From Eledone cirrhosa (taxonomy: Eukaryota): a stretch of DNA of 64,000 bases. Both the position numbers and the translations under genes were made by a program. The stretch covers positions 16,430,001 to 16,494,000 of the forward strand of contig OZ024746.1 of NCBI GenBank assembly GCA_964016885.1, given 5' to 3'. The notes beneath the pieces are model-generated. The model was not told where the DNA came from and made no database searches. It saw only the letters and a program-made list of their open reading frames with translations. Of this stretch, positions 43,470-55,200 are shown one piece after another (the stretch's first letter is position 1; each line of letters begins with the position of its first letter).

Positions 43470-43640
43470 TAATTGTTTTTACTAGGCTAGCAATTGTCCC
43501 AGTGTATTACTGGTACTTTATTTTATCGATCCCGTAAGGATGAGAGGCAAAGTTAACCTCGACGGGATTTGTACTCAGACCGTAAAGGGACATAACTATG
43601 CTAGAAAGCGTGGCGTCCAACCCTCTACCGATACTGCCAA
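43470..43640 (-). mobile_element. SINE family A, inverted relative to the adjacent copy
   Basis: Reverse complement of the consensus, tail-to-tail with 43246-43433. Confidence 0.85.
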
Positions 43641-43654
43641 AGGATCTAACTTGG

Positions 43655-43880
43655 TCTAGTGTTATGTGTGATAATGTCGTGGGTTCAATTCCTGAACTAG
43701 GTTGTGTGTTGTGTTCTTGAGCAAAACATTTAATTTCACGTTGCTCCAGTATACTCAGCTGAAAATGAGTACCAACAATGGGGGGGGGGGGTTTCAGGTA
43801 GTGGGGAGTCTTGTAATCTCAGTCGCTTAACGCCACGGAAATCGGGATAAGCACTGGCCTGATGAGCTTCCGGGCTCGAG
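43655..43880 (+). mobile_element. SINE family B (CORE-like domain)
   Basis: GGTTCAATTCC box, then GTGTTCTTGAGCAAAACA..TTGCTCCAGT..CTCAGCTGAAAATGAGTACC. Related copies at about 32345-32480 (-), 45620-45795 (+) and 49385-49600 (-). Confidence 0.65.
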
Positions 43881-44809
43881 ACAGTTTCGACCACAACCCT
43901 GTCGGAGAGCGACAGATATCTCGATAGTTTGCCCTCTTCGGCCTGACGAACCGTCAAGCTCTGAATTAGTCACCGAACCTACCAGGACTAATTATTAAAC
44001 CATCAAATGAACAAGAACGATTGTGGTGATATCTGCCATAATCCAATGGTACGAGAAACTACTGGGATGTCCATGTGGTGTGGCTGATTAGTTGACAAAA
44101 AACACAAGGTGAGAAGTCTTTAAGAAATAACTGTTATTAGGTTTAACCGTCAGGAAGTAAACAAGGTAGGCAACTTGTAATCTTTTCATACTTTTTTTTT
44201 TAACCAACGTGAAATAGGGCTTTATATCCGTGTCACAACCCTTAGCTCATGAACAGTGTAACACCATAATCCGTTACTCATAGCCCAATCTGTCGACCTT
44301 AATCTTGACTGTCATATTCTGTGTCGGGTTGATCCCATGTTTTGTTGCTACCCACATTTGCTGTGTGGTTCTATCAAAGTTTACATATAGTTGATGTAGA
44401 ATATTTTTCTAATCAACCTATCATAGCTAAGGAAAACAACATACAAATATTAAAAATATTTCTCATGTTGGTTTTAGGAACTTTTAAGCATTTTAGTCTT
44501 CATTTTAACCCAATAAATTTACCACCATGTGGAGGTTAAGCCACCAAATGTATCACTACCCTGTACCATAACAACATGTAGAGGTTAGACTAACAAATTT
44601 AACACTACCCTGTTACTATAGCAGGAAAGATAGCTTTACAATGTTGTTATTATTGTTGTTCCTCTATGTTGGCAACAGAGAGAGATTAAAATCACAATTA
44701 TTGCTCTTTGATTCTTTATTAATTCTTTTATTGCAGTGTTCTGTGTTGACTTTCACCAAGTAAAACAAGAATATAAAAAGGAACAAATAACACAAACTCT
44801 CCAGCCAAA

Positions 44810-45238
44810 ATGTCGTATATGTTACCTCATCTTCACAATGGCTGGCAAGTAGACCAGGCCATTCTGTCGGAAGAAGACCGAGTTGTTGTCATCCGGTTTG
44901 GTCACGATTGGGATCCCACCTGCATGGTTATGGATGAAGTACTTTATAAATGTGCCGAAAAAATCAAAAACTTTGTGGTGATCTATCTTGTGGATATTAC
45001 CGAAGTTCCAGACTTCAACAAAATGTATGAGTTATACGACCCATGTACTGTCATGTTTTTCTACCGTAATAAACATATTATGATTGATTTAGGGACTGGT
45101 AACAACAATAAGATCAATTGGGCTCTCGAAGACTGTCAGGAATTCATTGATATCGTTGAGACTGTGTATCGTGGGGCAAGAAAGGGGCGTGGTCTTGTTG
45201 TCTCACCAAAGGATTATTCTACTAAATACCGTTATTAA
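44810..45238 (+). CDS. TXNL4A: Thioredoxin-like protein 4A (Dim1, U5 snRNP 15 kDa protein), 142 aa, intronless CDS
   Basis: ORF MSYMLPHLHNGWQVDQAILSEEDRVVVIRFGHDWDPTCM...GRGLVVSPKDYSTKYRY is nearly identical to metazoan Dim1. An acceptor ttgcag ends at 44736, upstream of the ATG. Confidence 0.98.
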   Translation: MSYMLPHLHNGWQVDQAILSEEDRVVVIRFGHDWDPTCMVMDEVLYKCAEKIKNFVVIYLVDITEVPDFNKMYELYDPCTVMFFYRNKHIMIDLGTGNNNKINWALEDCQEFIDIVETVYRGARKGRGLVVSPKDYSTKYRY

Positions 45239-48200
45239 AGTAATTTTTAATTACTGAAAAAGAGAAGTAATTCCTTGGTGCGTCTTGAACAAGGCTCCCT
45301 TTCCATATTGTCCTCCTCATTGAATAGTTTCACTGTACCCTTTCAGCCTGGTTTTAAATTAATTCTACATAAATCCATTGAAGGCTGTTTCATATACATT
45401 CTTCTCACAATTTTGTCGTTTTTTTATTTTATTTTCCAAAATTCAAAAGCAACATCGGTTGGCATATTCTTTCTTTCTGTCTTGTCCTCCTTTCTCAGTA
45501 ACCCCTTGCATTTTAGCAGCTTTATTGCCTTGCTTGGGGTGAACAAAAAAGGTTTCAACTCTTCAATCTTTCTATTAGTTTAGTCAGGTATTTAACTCTT
45601 TTTCTTTTTAAATTATATTAGTTGTGTTTTTGAGCAAAACACTTCATTTCACATTGCTCCAGTCCACTCAGCTGAAAATGTGTACCAACAATAGCTGAGG
45701 GTTTAACTCTGTGATGGACTGATGCCCTGTCCAGTGGGGAGTTTTGTACTCTGTTGCTTAACGCTACAGAAACTGGAATAAGCACTGGCCAGACATACTG
45801 ATAGGCAATTTTATATTGGTTTACATTTAATATTTAAAGATAGCATGGGTGTGATGGGTTTCTTAAAATTATATATTTGTATATCAAAAGTATTTTTTTT
45901 TACTGCTGAATATAAAAAATGTTTGTAGGTATGTTGTATATTTTTGTCCTGCACTGTTAGGATTCATATATTTTACTTCCATCTTCAGCTGTCTTATACA
46001 TGTACAGTTTTCTAGGCTAAGTTCAAATTAAATGCAGTAGATCAATTGACCTATCTTTGGGTCCATTCTCGTATATACACACCTTAGACAACCAACAATA
46101 TATAGACTAATGCCGCTATGTAGTGATACTATCTGTGCTGAGTGCAAAATGTAGCTTACGCTCAGATTATTTACTGTGGTTCAACTAATCAATGATTTAA
46201 ACAAACAAACACACACACACATATATATATATATGATATGGCTCTATGATGGATATATATATTCATTCATTCATTCCTGTTCATGTGAATAGGGTTTACA
46301 GATACAAAATAAAGTACTCAATACTTCAGTGAGTGGAATGTGTTATATTCTGTATTCAGTGATTAGTTTATGACCAAGATTTGAAGAGGTTATAAACTGA
46401 ATAAAGAATGTAGATGGAACAGCTTTTCTTTCAAACATGTTATATTAAAGACATTACTGTGTTGGGGGGTTTTCCTTTTTTTTTTTTTTTTTTTTATTAT
46501 TAAGGATTTTTCATTTTTTTTTCTTAGTCTTTTATAAAATATGAAAAATCTTTAATAAAAAATTTGAACTAAAACAGAGTTCTGTCTTTGATATAGCATG
46601 TATATATATCTGATGAGGGTACCTAGTGTATAAAATATACAGGACAATCACGCACGAAAAAAAAAAAAATGAGGGGGTCTAATAAGCAGACAAACAGTTT
46701 TCTCCTGTTAAACATTGAAATATGGAGTGTTATACCTCTTGTTTGTCAGACTGAATAAGATGAAAAAAAAACTTTCTACCCCTAGGGTTACAACACAACA
46801 TAATACAATGTGAATGCAGGGATACCAGTCTTTCTACCCTTGTCTAGGGTTACAACACAACATATTACAATGTGAACTCAGGGTTACCAGTCCTCGTAAT
46901 TGTATATTTTGTTTTCAGTGTACTTTCATATGTGAATCTACATCATTAAAATTCATGTGAAATTCTAAAATCTCATTTGTTTTAAATGTTTTCAGGAGTT
47001 GTACACTATCTAGGGTTACAGCACAAGGGATTACTAGTCCTGGTAATTGTGTTTTGTTTTTTTAGTGACTTATGTTCTAAGCATACTTTCATATTAATGC
47101 ACTGAGATAATTGCTGGCCTTGTGCTAAAAGTAGAAACAATTAAAATTCATGTGAAATGTTTAAATGTCCTAAGGAGTTATACTGAATATTGGCCCTGAA
47201 GTTCATATGTAATAATCAGGTTATCAAACATGATATAATATACTGCTTCCTTTAGTCTGATTTATATATCTGACTTCTCAATAGAAGGGAAAAGCATATA
47301 AAATATTGCCACATCAAAGTAGTAAAAGACACCCACTTAATCACAGGCCACAAGGGCTGGTGGAAATTCCCCTCTAACAATTTGAAGCAAGTCAAAACAC
47401 TCAGCATTGCTTCAGGTGATAGCTAGGCTAAGACACTGGAATAACCAAACACGTTTATTGGCGTCGCTTGATACTTCAATAAGGTGAGCCACCAACAATG
47501 ACAACCTTACAAACAACCCAGCTACCCCCAAATATTAATGCTACAAGCTGAAAAAAGAAAAATAGTTGCTGATATTTTAGAATTATACACAACCTTCAGC
47601 ATTTTATGGAGAAGATAAGCTGGTTTTCTTCACCCTATTATTCCTGGGAAGGTTGTTAAAGCAGTCCTTAAGCACATCTTTCAGTAGGTCCTGTCAGAAG
47701 CAACTGTCTACTTAATCTGACTAGATCTCCAAATGAGACCAAATTTGTAAATATTAAATTTATAGAAGAGTGTGGTGTTGATGCCTAAAATACATTAGTA
47801 ACATAAAAAATGAGGGAATGGATGGTAAATATTCATTTTTAGATCTGGTTTTTTCATGCAATGGAAACTAAATAGACTTGATTGGTCTGCATATTAAAAC
47901 AATGCATATAGCACTCCAATTCTCTTAGTCAAGAAATACCAATGTATATGTTTAGTAATCTTGTGCATTTACTGTGCTACTGCCACACTAAAAAGTACAT
48001 AGTCTTCCTTGTAAAATGGTAGTATTGGTGCCAGGATAAAAAGCACCCTGTACAGTGGTAGTACTCATGCTGCAACAAAAAGCTCAGTACCAGTTGTAAA
48101 GTGGTTGGTGTTATGAAGGTTATCCAACTAGAAAACTCAGCCCAAAACAGGTCATACGAGTAATACACACAGGTCAGGTGACTAACCCCTGCAAATATGG

Positions 48201-50584
48201 AAAATAGATGTTAAATGATGCTGACATAATCAGAACAATCTATTTTACCCAATTGACTCAAACTAGGAAAAAAAATGTTAATATTACCATCCACTTGGAG
48301 ATGGTAGTAGAAGTAGACTGAGGAAGATATTTTGTCTTGGATTTCATTAGGAAGCGGTGGCAGATTGGCAGAGTCGTTAGAGTGTCAGACAAATGTTTTG
48401 CAGTATTTGTTCTGAGTTCTAATCCCACTGCGATGAACTTTACCTTTCATCCTTCCACAGTCAATAAAATAAAATATTAGTTACATGTGTATGGGGGGAG
48501 GGGTGATGTAATAGACCCCACCCTCGAAATTGCTGGCCTAGTGCAAAAATAAGAGATTATTACAAAATGTTAAAACAATTTTGAGATATTTTATTCAACA
48601 GAAATATTTGATTTTTGTTTTATATAAATTATTTCAATTACAAAAAATATACATATAATGTCTTTAAAAAAAAATCATATAAAAATATGCTAAAAATGAC
48701 AAGAATTCAGAATGTTAACATCATCTGGTAATAATATTGACATTTAGATGGAATTATGACAGTTTATGTAACACAGTCAGACAAATAAACTAAGTAGTTG
48801 ATGATAGGAAGGGTATACAGCTGTAGAAACCATGCCCAAAAATTGGTTGAGGAGTTTCTTCAGTTATGCCAAGAGCACAACAACTGCTCTAATGTTGGTG
48901 ACATGATAAAAACACACGAAGTACACTGGCAAATTTTCTAGGACTTGAAGCTCTTTCCTATCACCAACCACTTTACAGAGAAAGAATAAACAGGACTGTT
49001 CAGTTGTGCCAAGGTCATGACAATTTCTCTGGTGTTGATGCCATAATAAAATGCAATGTACTTTGTAGAATATGAGGTTGGAGGCTCTGATTAAGTCCAA
49101 ACTTGGTTTGTGATGTCCCCTCCAACTCTTAGCAGCAAAAATGGATGTTATATGATGATGATGAATGTTGCAAACAGTACATTTTCACGGTGAGCTTAAT
49201 ATTGATTTCATAGACTTCTAGAGCAAAGATTATGTAATTATATATTGATCTAAAACTACTATATTGATCTGTCAAGAATCTACGTGAAGTGTAAATCCAT
49301 ACATTGTAATATTTGATATAAAAACAACATTGTTCTATAGAGTTAAGTTGTTCTAGGTATTGGACCTTCATTGATTCCTATAGTGACCACACAAGTGGCT
49401 GAGCATACCACAGACGTGTGTACCATTAATGTAATCACAGTGTGTGACAAGGTTGGCCTTTTAAATTACAGATACAACTTGCTCTTGCAAGTTGAGTTGA
49501 CTGGAGCAATGTGAAAATGAAGTGACTTGTTCAAGGACACAATGTGCTGCCAGGAGTTGACTTCATGACCTTACTATTATGAGCTGAACACCCTAACCTG
49601 TAAGCTATATGCCTACACAGATATACATATACAATCCAGTGCCTTCTCATTCCAATTAGAGGAACCCCTCTCTGGTTGACTTGTTTGGTTTTGGCCACTT
49701 GCAGGTTGGTGAGGCTATTTAACCCATATTTGGGAGATATACATATATCGGGCTTAATTTGTAATCTCACTCTACTTACATACTAATGAGTATGATGTTA
49801 ATTAAAGGAAAAAATGACAAAGATTTTTAGATGTTAGTCCTTAAAGAAATCACACTGTTTTTCTTTTAAAAGTGTTATGAATTAAAAAAATAATTTTTTT
49901 TATTTTATTTTGAAATTCACAATGAAAAGTTTTTTTTCTTAAATCACACATAAAAAACAAGAAAAAAAGGAGTAAAAGAAATTCCTTGCAATGTCATTTG
50001 GTTTCGAATGTTGACATAACATTATGGTACTGTTTAGTTAACATAGTCTGGGATTGGTACATAAAACATTGTATATTATTACATTATTGGACAGTAGAAC
50101 AGTGAAAAACATTAGATAATAGTTTGGGAAATAAAAACAGTCTTGTTGATGTAATTAATGTCACTTAATATTGATTGCAATAACAATGTTGTGATATGTT
50201 GAAATATTTTGCTGGAGTCAATATTTTTAACTCCTTAAAATGTTCATGCATTTTTTTGTTGCAATAATTATACAATAGTGTGCTTATGAAAAAGAGTTTG
50301 TGGAATTGTTGTGAAAACCATTAATAGTGTAATTTCCTTCTGTGTGATCTTTCATGATGTTTGGACCCTTCACCCACCCCCAACCCTCAGCCACTACAAA
50401 AAATGATGTATGTAAAAGTTGCATGAAATGAATAGTTATAAAACAATTTGAATGTATGTAGATAAATATATATTAACATACATATAGACACTGTCACTTC
50501 CCCTTTATCCTCAGTATATATATATATATATACATTTATTTATATAATAAACAAAAGTCTAGTGGAAATAAAGACCTGAAGGTG

Positions 50585-52170
50585 TCAGCTAAAAATAGAT
50601 GCGTGATGTATATGATCAGTAGTTATTTGGTGCCGATATATTTGAGGTGATTCTGTGGTTTTTGTGTTCCAAAGTCTAACATTCCGTTTTAAACGATTTT
50701 GCCGAGTTGTTTCTGGCATATTTAAATTTTCTTCTGACATAATTTCTTGGTTTTTAGCTTTTATCTTTTTGGTAACACTCATCACATCGTTGGGCCAAAA
50801 AGACCATTGAAAGACTCGGTATAAGAATCTGAAATTACAAACAATGGCAAAATTAGTTTCAAGTTGTGATCAGCAGATAGTATCAGCAATTGGAAAGGTC
50901 AATCTGACAAGTTCCACTTCACTCAGTAAGCCAGAGGTTCTCAAACTTTTTGCATATCACCAACTACATTATAGAGTGTACTGGGTGGGTTTTATTGAGT
51001 CATTTATTTCAATGAATTCCTCTCCTTTAAATAATTGTTTCTACTTTTGGCACAAGGCCAGCAATTATCCAGTATATTACTGGTACTTTATTTTATCGAC
51101 CCCGTAAGGATGAAAGGCAAAGTTAACCTCGGCGGGATTTGAACTCAGATCGTAAAGGGATGCAACTAAGCTGGAAAGCATGGCATCCGACCCTCTACTG
51201 ATACTGCCAATCTACCGTAATGTTACTTTTATAGTTGAATTTTGCATAAATATAAAAATAGTGTACTATAGGTACAAATATGACTATGGTTAAGGAGCTT
51301 GATTCATAACCACATGGTTTTTTTTTAGTTCAAGCCCACTCCCTTCATGGCACCTACAGTAGCCTTAATAATGGGACAGAAACTGTGCTAAAGTTGTGTG
51401 TGTAAAGCCCCCAGAAGACAGCTGATGAATGAGAATTGTCTGTATGCTTGTCTCTTCCAAGTTTTGTTTCCTACATTACTCCTACATGTTTTTTAATGAT
51501 ATATATATATATATATATACACATAATACATACACACACATATTTGTGTATTGCTGTTTGTCCTGTAACTTAGCAATTCAGCAAACAGAGGTTGATAAAA
51601 TATGTACCAGACTTGAAAAATAGTTCAATATGACTATCCCAGGAAAAAATAGAAATTTAAAATATTTCACGATTCATGGCAAGCTGATAATACTTGATAA
51701 TACCCTTTAGCATTCACATTATTTTATATATACTATCATATTTTCATGGTAAAGGCTTTACCTCACATAATATCTCACATAATATTGAATCTATGAGATT
51801 TTGAAAGTATTTATGAAAGGGTTAATTCTTAACAGCAACAACAACCCTCCCATTACAATAAAGTCTGTGTTAACAAAATGAAATATTACAGCTTGATTTA
51901 AAACAGATTTCCCGACTTCCAGATTCCTAAAATTCTTAATCTTTTATTTTAAAATACTTTTTATATATTTTTTAACTTCTTATACTTCTTCCACTTCATT
52001 CATCAAGATATGAACACAGCTGCAATTTCTAACTTGCCCTTTTTTTAAACATGTTCTTATATGGAGCAAATATTTTGTCAACCATGCGTTTTCTTTTTCT
52101 TCACTTTTTGTTATTCTGATTTGAACTTTTATGTTTTAACTGTTTCCTCCATTCTTTTGTCATCCTGACC

Positions 52171-52216
<46 letters not shown>

Positions 52217-55200
52217 ATATGTATGTATGTGAGTGCTTGTAGGAGTGCATGTGTGTGTGTGTGTTCGGGTTGATATATTAAGTATGTCACATTCCTGGCC
52301 ATAACATCTCTACATTCTTCCACTCACTCCTAACCCCTTACCCCTCTCCTAATAAATATACTCTCTTCTCAAATCGAATCTAAACACGATGTTGATAAGA
52401 GACGTGTCAACCATCTTGACTAACACATTTGTTTCATGAATATATTTACATAAGTTTACTTTGTAATGTATGTTTGTTACAATCAGATGTTTTGAAGATT
52501 TATGAAAAGAATACCAAAAAATTAATCTACACACACATTCCAGTGTAAATGAACTGTGAAAATGAGAAATAATGCAAAATAGCTTGTAGTTACCTGGGAA
52601 TTAAAGCAATAACTGTAGTGACCACAACTATCAAGACATGAGTAGGTTTGGCCAATGTATTTTCCATGACCCAGTATGGATTACCAGGATGTTCACACTC
52701 TAAGCAGGAAGCATGCACAACAATCATACAGCACCAAAAGAAGAGAAAGTTGATGACCATCAAAAACCACTGGATCCATGTCTAAGTAAAGAAATAAACA
52801 CATTAACATTGAATCTTTATAAACTACTCCAATGTTTATACTAAAGACAAATCATCATCATCATCATCATTTTACGTCCGCTTTTCCCTGCTTGCAAGGG
52901 TGGGACGGGTCCTATTCAGCACAGCATCTTTCCATATATATGTATATAGTTGATTTCTGATAGATAATCTGGACAAGATATTAAGACCATTTAATCATAG
53001 GGCAGGGATTACAAGTAGATATATATGATGTTTAAGACCAGCTAACAAAATGAGAACACTAAGCACCTAGCTCTTGTTTACACTAAATCTTCTGAATGAT
53101 ATCTTAGGAACACTGGACAATTCGCCAATTTGTCAAAGGTTCACAACTTCTCAGAATTAAAGTGTTTCCTGGTTTGACTATTTTTCAAAGTCAAAAATCT
53201 GTGTTTTACTTTAAGCTAACATACGTTTAAAATTCATAATTTTCTTAACACTTCACAAATATGATCATTTAGAATGTTGTTTTAGAAATGCCTTAGATGT
53301 GTGTTTAACTAAGCAAAGATTATCAGAGATTGACAGCCTTAGATACATAATATGTTCAAGTTAAACTGACATTCTAAGTTATATAATTTCATGTGAACTG
53401 CCTTATGTTCAAGTTAAGGCAACTAACAATCTTAGTTATAAATATATTGACAATGGAAAAGTAAATCAGTGAAACTTACCCATGAGTATGTCTCAATACC
53501 AAGATGTAGGTAGATGATTAGAATGAGAGCAACCATCATTGAGGTACCAAACTCCCAAATACCTGTGTTACTGTCCAGGTAACTCTTCAAAACAAAAACA
53601 AAAGTAAGGTAAAGAAAACTTTGAAATCTTAACCTCCTATACCACCTGAAACCACAATAGCAAGCCACTATTGAAAAATATAAAACATCACTATGATTGC
53701 ATTATTTTCACTATGCCTAAAGGAAGAAGTATTGGCAATTAAATTGACTCCAGTGTACATCTAATCCTATCCAAGGCCTTTTCACTCATGTTGGAGGAAC
53801 CCCTCCCTGGTTGACCTCCACCACTTTGTGTTTGGTTTTGGTCATGTCAGGGGTGTAGCTGTACTCACCCATGCATGGCTAATTGTAGATTGGTGAGGCT
53901 ATATAACCCATAGTTGGGGTGGATGGTTGTAGATGCTGAGGAGTTCATCCACCCTTTTTACAGCTCTTGTCTTTTGTGATGCTGGGGTTCCACTTACTCT
54001 CCACACCTGGTCAAGGACTAGTGGGGGAGTCAATTTAGTCACCGACCACTTAACCAGATTGTACTGGGTTACATGGTACCAGTAGCAGGCAGATGGTACT
54101 GGGATACATGGTATCAGTAGCAGGCAGATTGTACTGGGTTACATGGTTCCAGTAGCAGGCAGATGGTACTGGGTTACATGTTACCAGTAGCAGGCAGATG
54201 GTACTGGGTTACATGTTACCAGTAGCAGGCAGATGGTACTGGGTTACATGGTACCAGTAGCAGGCAGATTGTACTGGGTTACATGGTACCAGTAGCAGGC
54301 AGATGGTACTGGGTTACATGGTTCCAGTAGCAGGCAGATGGTACTGGGTTACATGGTACCAGTAGCAGGCAGATGGTACTGAGTTACATGGTACCAGTAG
54401 CAGGCAGATGGTACTGAGTTACAAGGTACCAGTAGCAGGCAGATGGTACTGGGTTACATGGTACCAGTAGCAGGCAGATGGTACTGGGTTACATGGTACC
54501 AGTAGCAGGCAGATGGTACTGGGTTACATGGTTCCAGTAGCAGGCAGATGGTACTGGGTTACATGGTACCAGTAGCAGGCAGATGGTACTGGGTTACATG
54601 GTTCCAGTAGCAGGCAGATGGTACTGGGTTACATGGTACCAGTAGCAGGCAGATGGTACTGAGTTACATGGTACCAGTAGCAGGCAGATGGTACTGGGTT
54701 ACATGGTACCAGTAGCAGGCAGATGGTACTGGGTTACATGGTACCAGTAGCAGGCAGATTGTACTGGGTTACATGGTACCAGTAGCAGGCAGATGGTACT
54801 GGGTTACATGGTTCCAGTAGCAGGCAGATGGTACTGGGTTACATGGTACCAGTAGCAGGCAGATGGTACTGAGTTACATGGTACCAGTAGCAGGCAGATG
54901 GTACTGAGTTACAAGGTACCAGTAGCAGGCAGATGGTACTGGGTTACATGGTACCAGTAGCAGGCAGATGGTACTGGGTTACATGGTACCAGTAGCAGGC
55001 AGATGGTACTGGGTTACATGGTTCCAGTAGCAGGCAGATGGTACTGGGTTACATGGTACCAGTAGCAGGCAGATGGTACTGGGTTACATGGTTCCAGTAG
55101 CAGGCAGATGGTACTGGGTTACATGGTACCAGTAGCAGGCAGATGGTACTGAGTTACATGGTACCAGTAGCAGGCAGATGGTACTGGGTTACATGGTACC

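Noticed and set aside
43855-43895. CTGATGAG hairpin resembling a hammerhead (also at about 31895 minus, 46610 and 57306)
   Set aside because: No correctly placed GAAA box or stems I and III. The 43855 site is part of a SINE tail.
45275-45583. 102-aa hydrophobic ORF after TXNL4A
   Set aside because: Non-ATG start in T-rich 3'UTR sequence with no recognisable homology.
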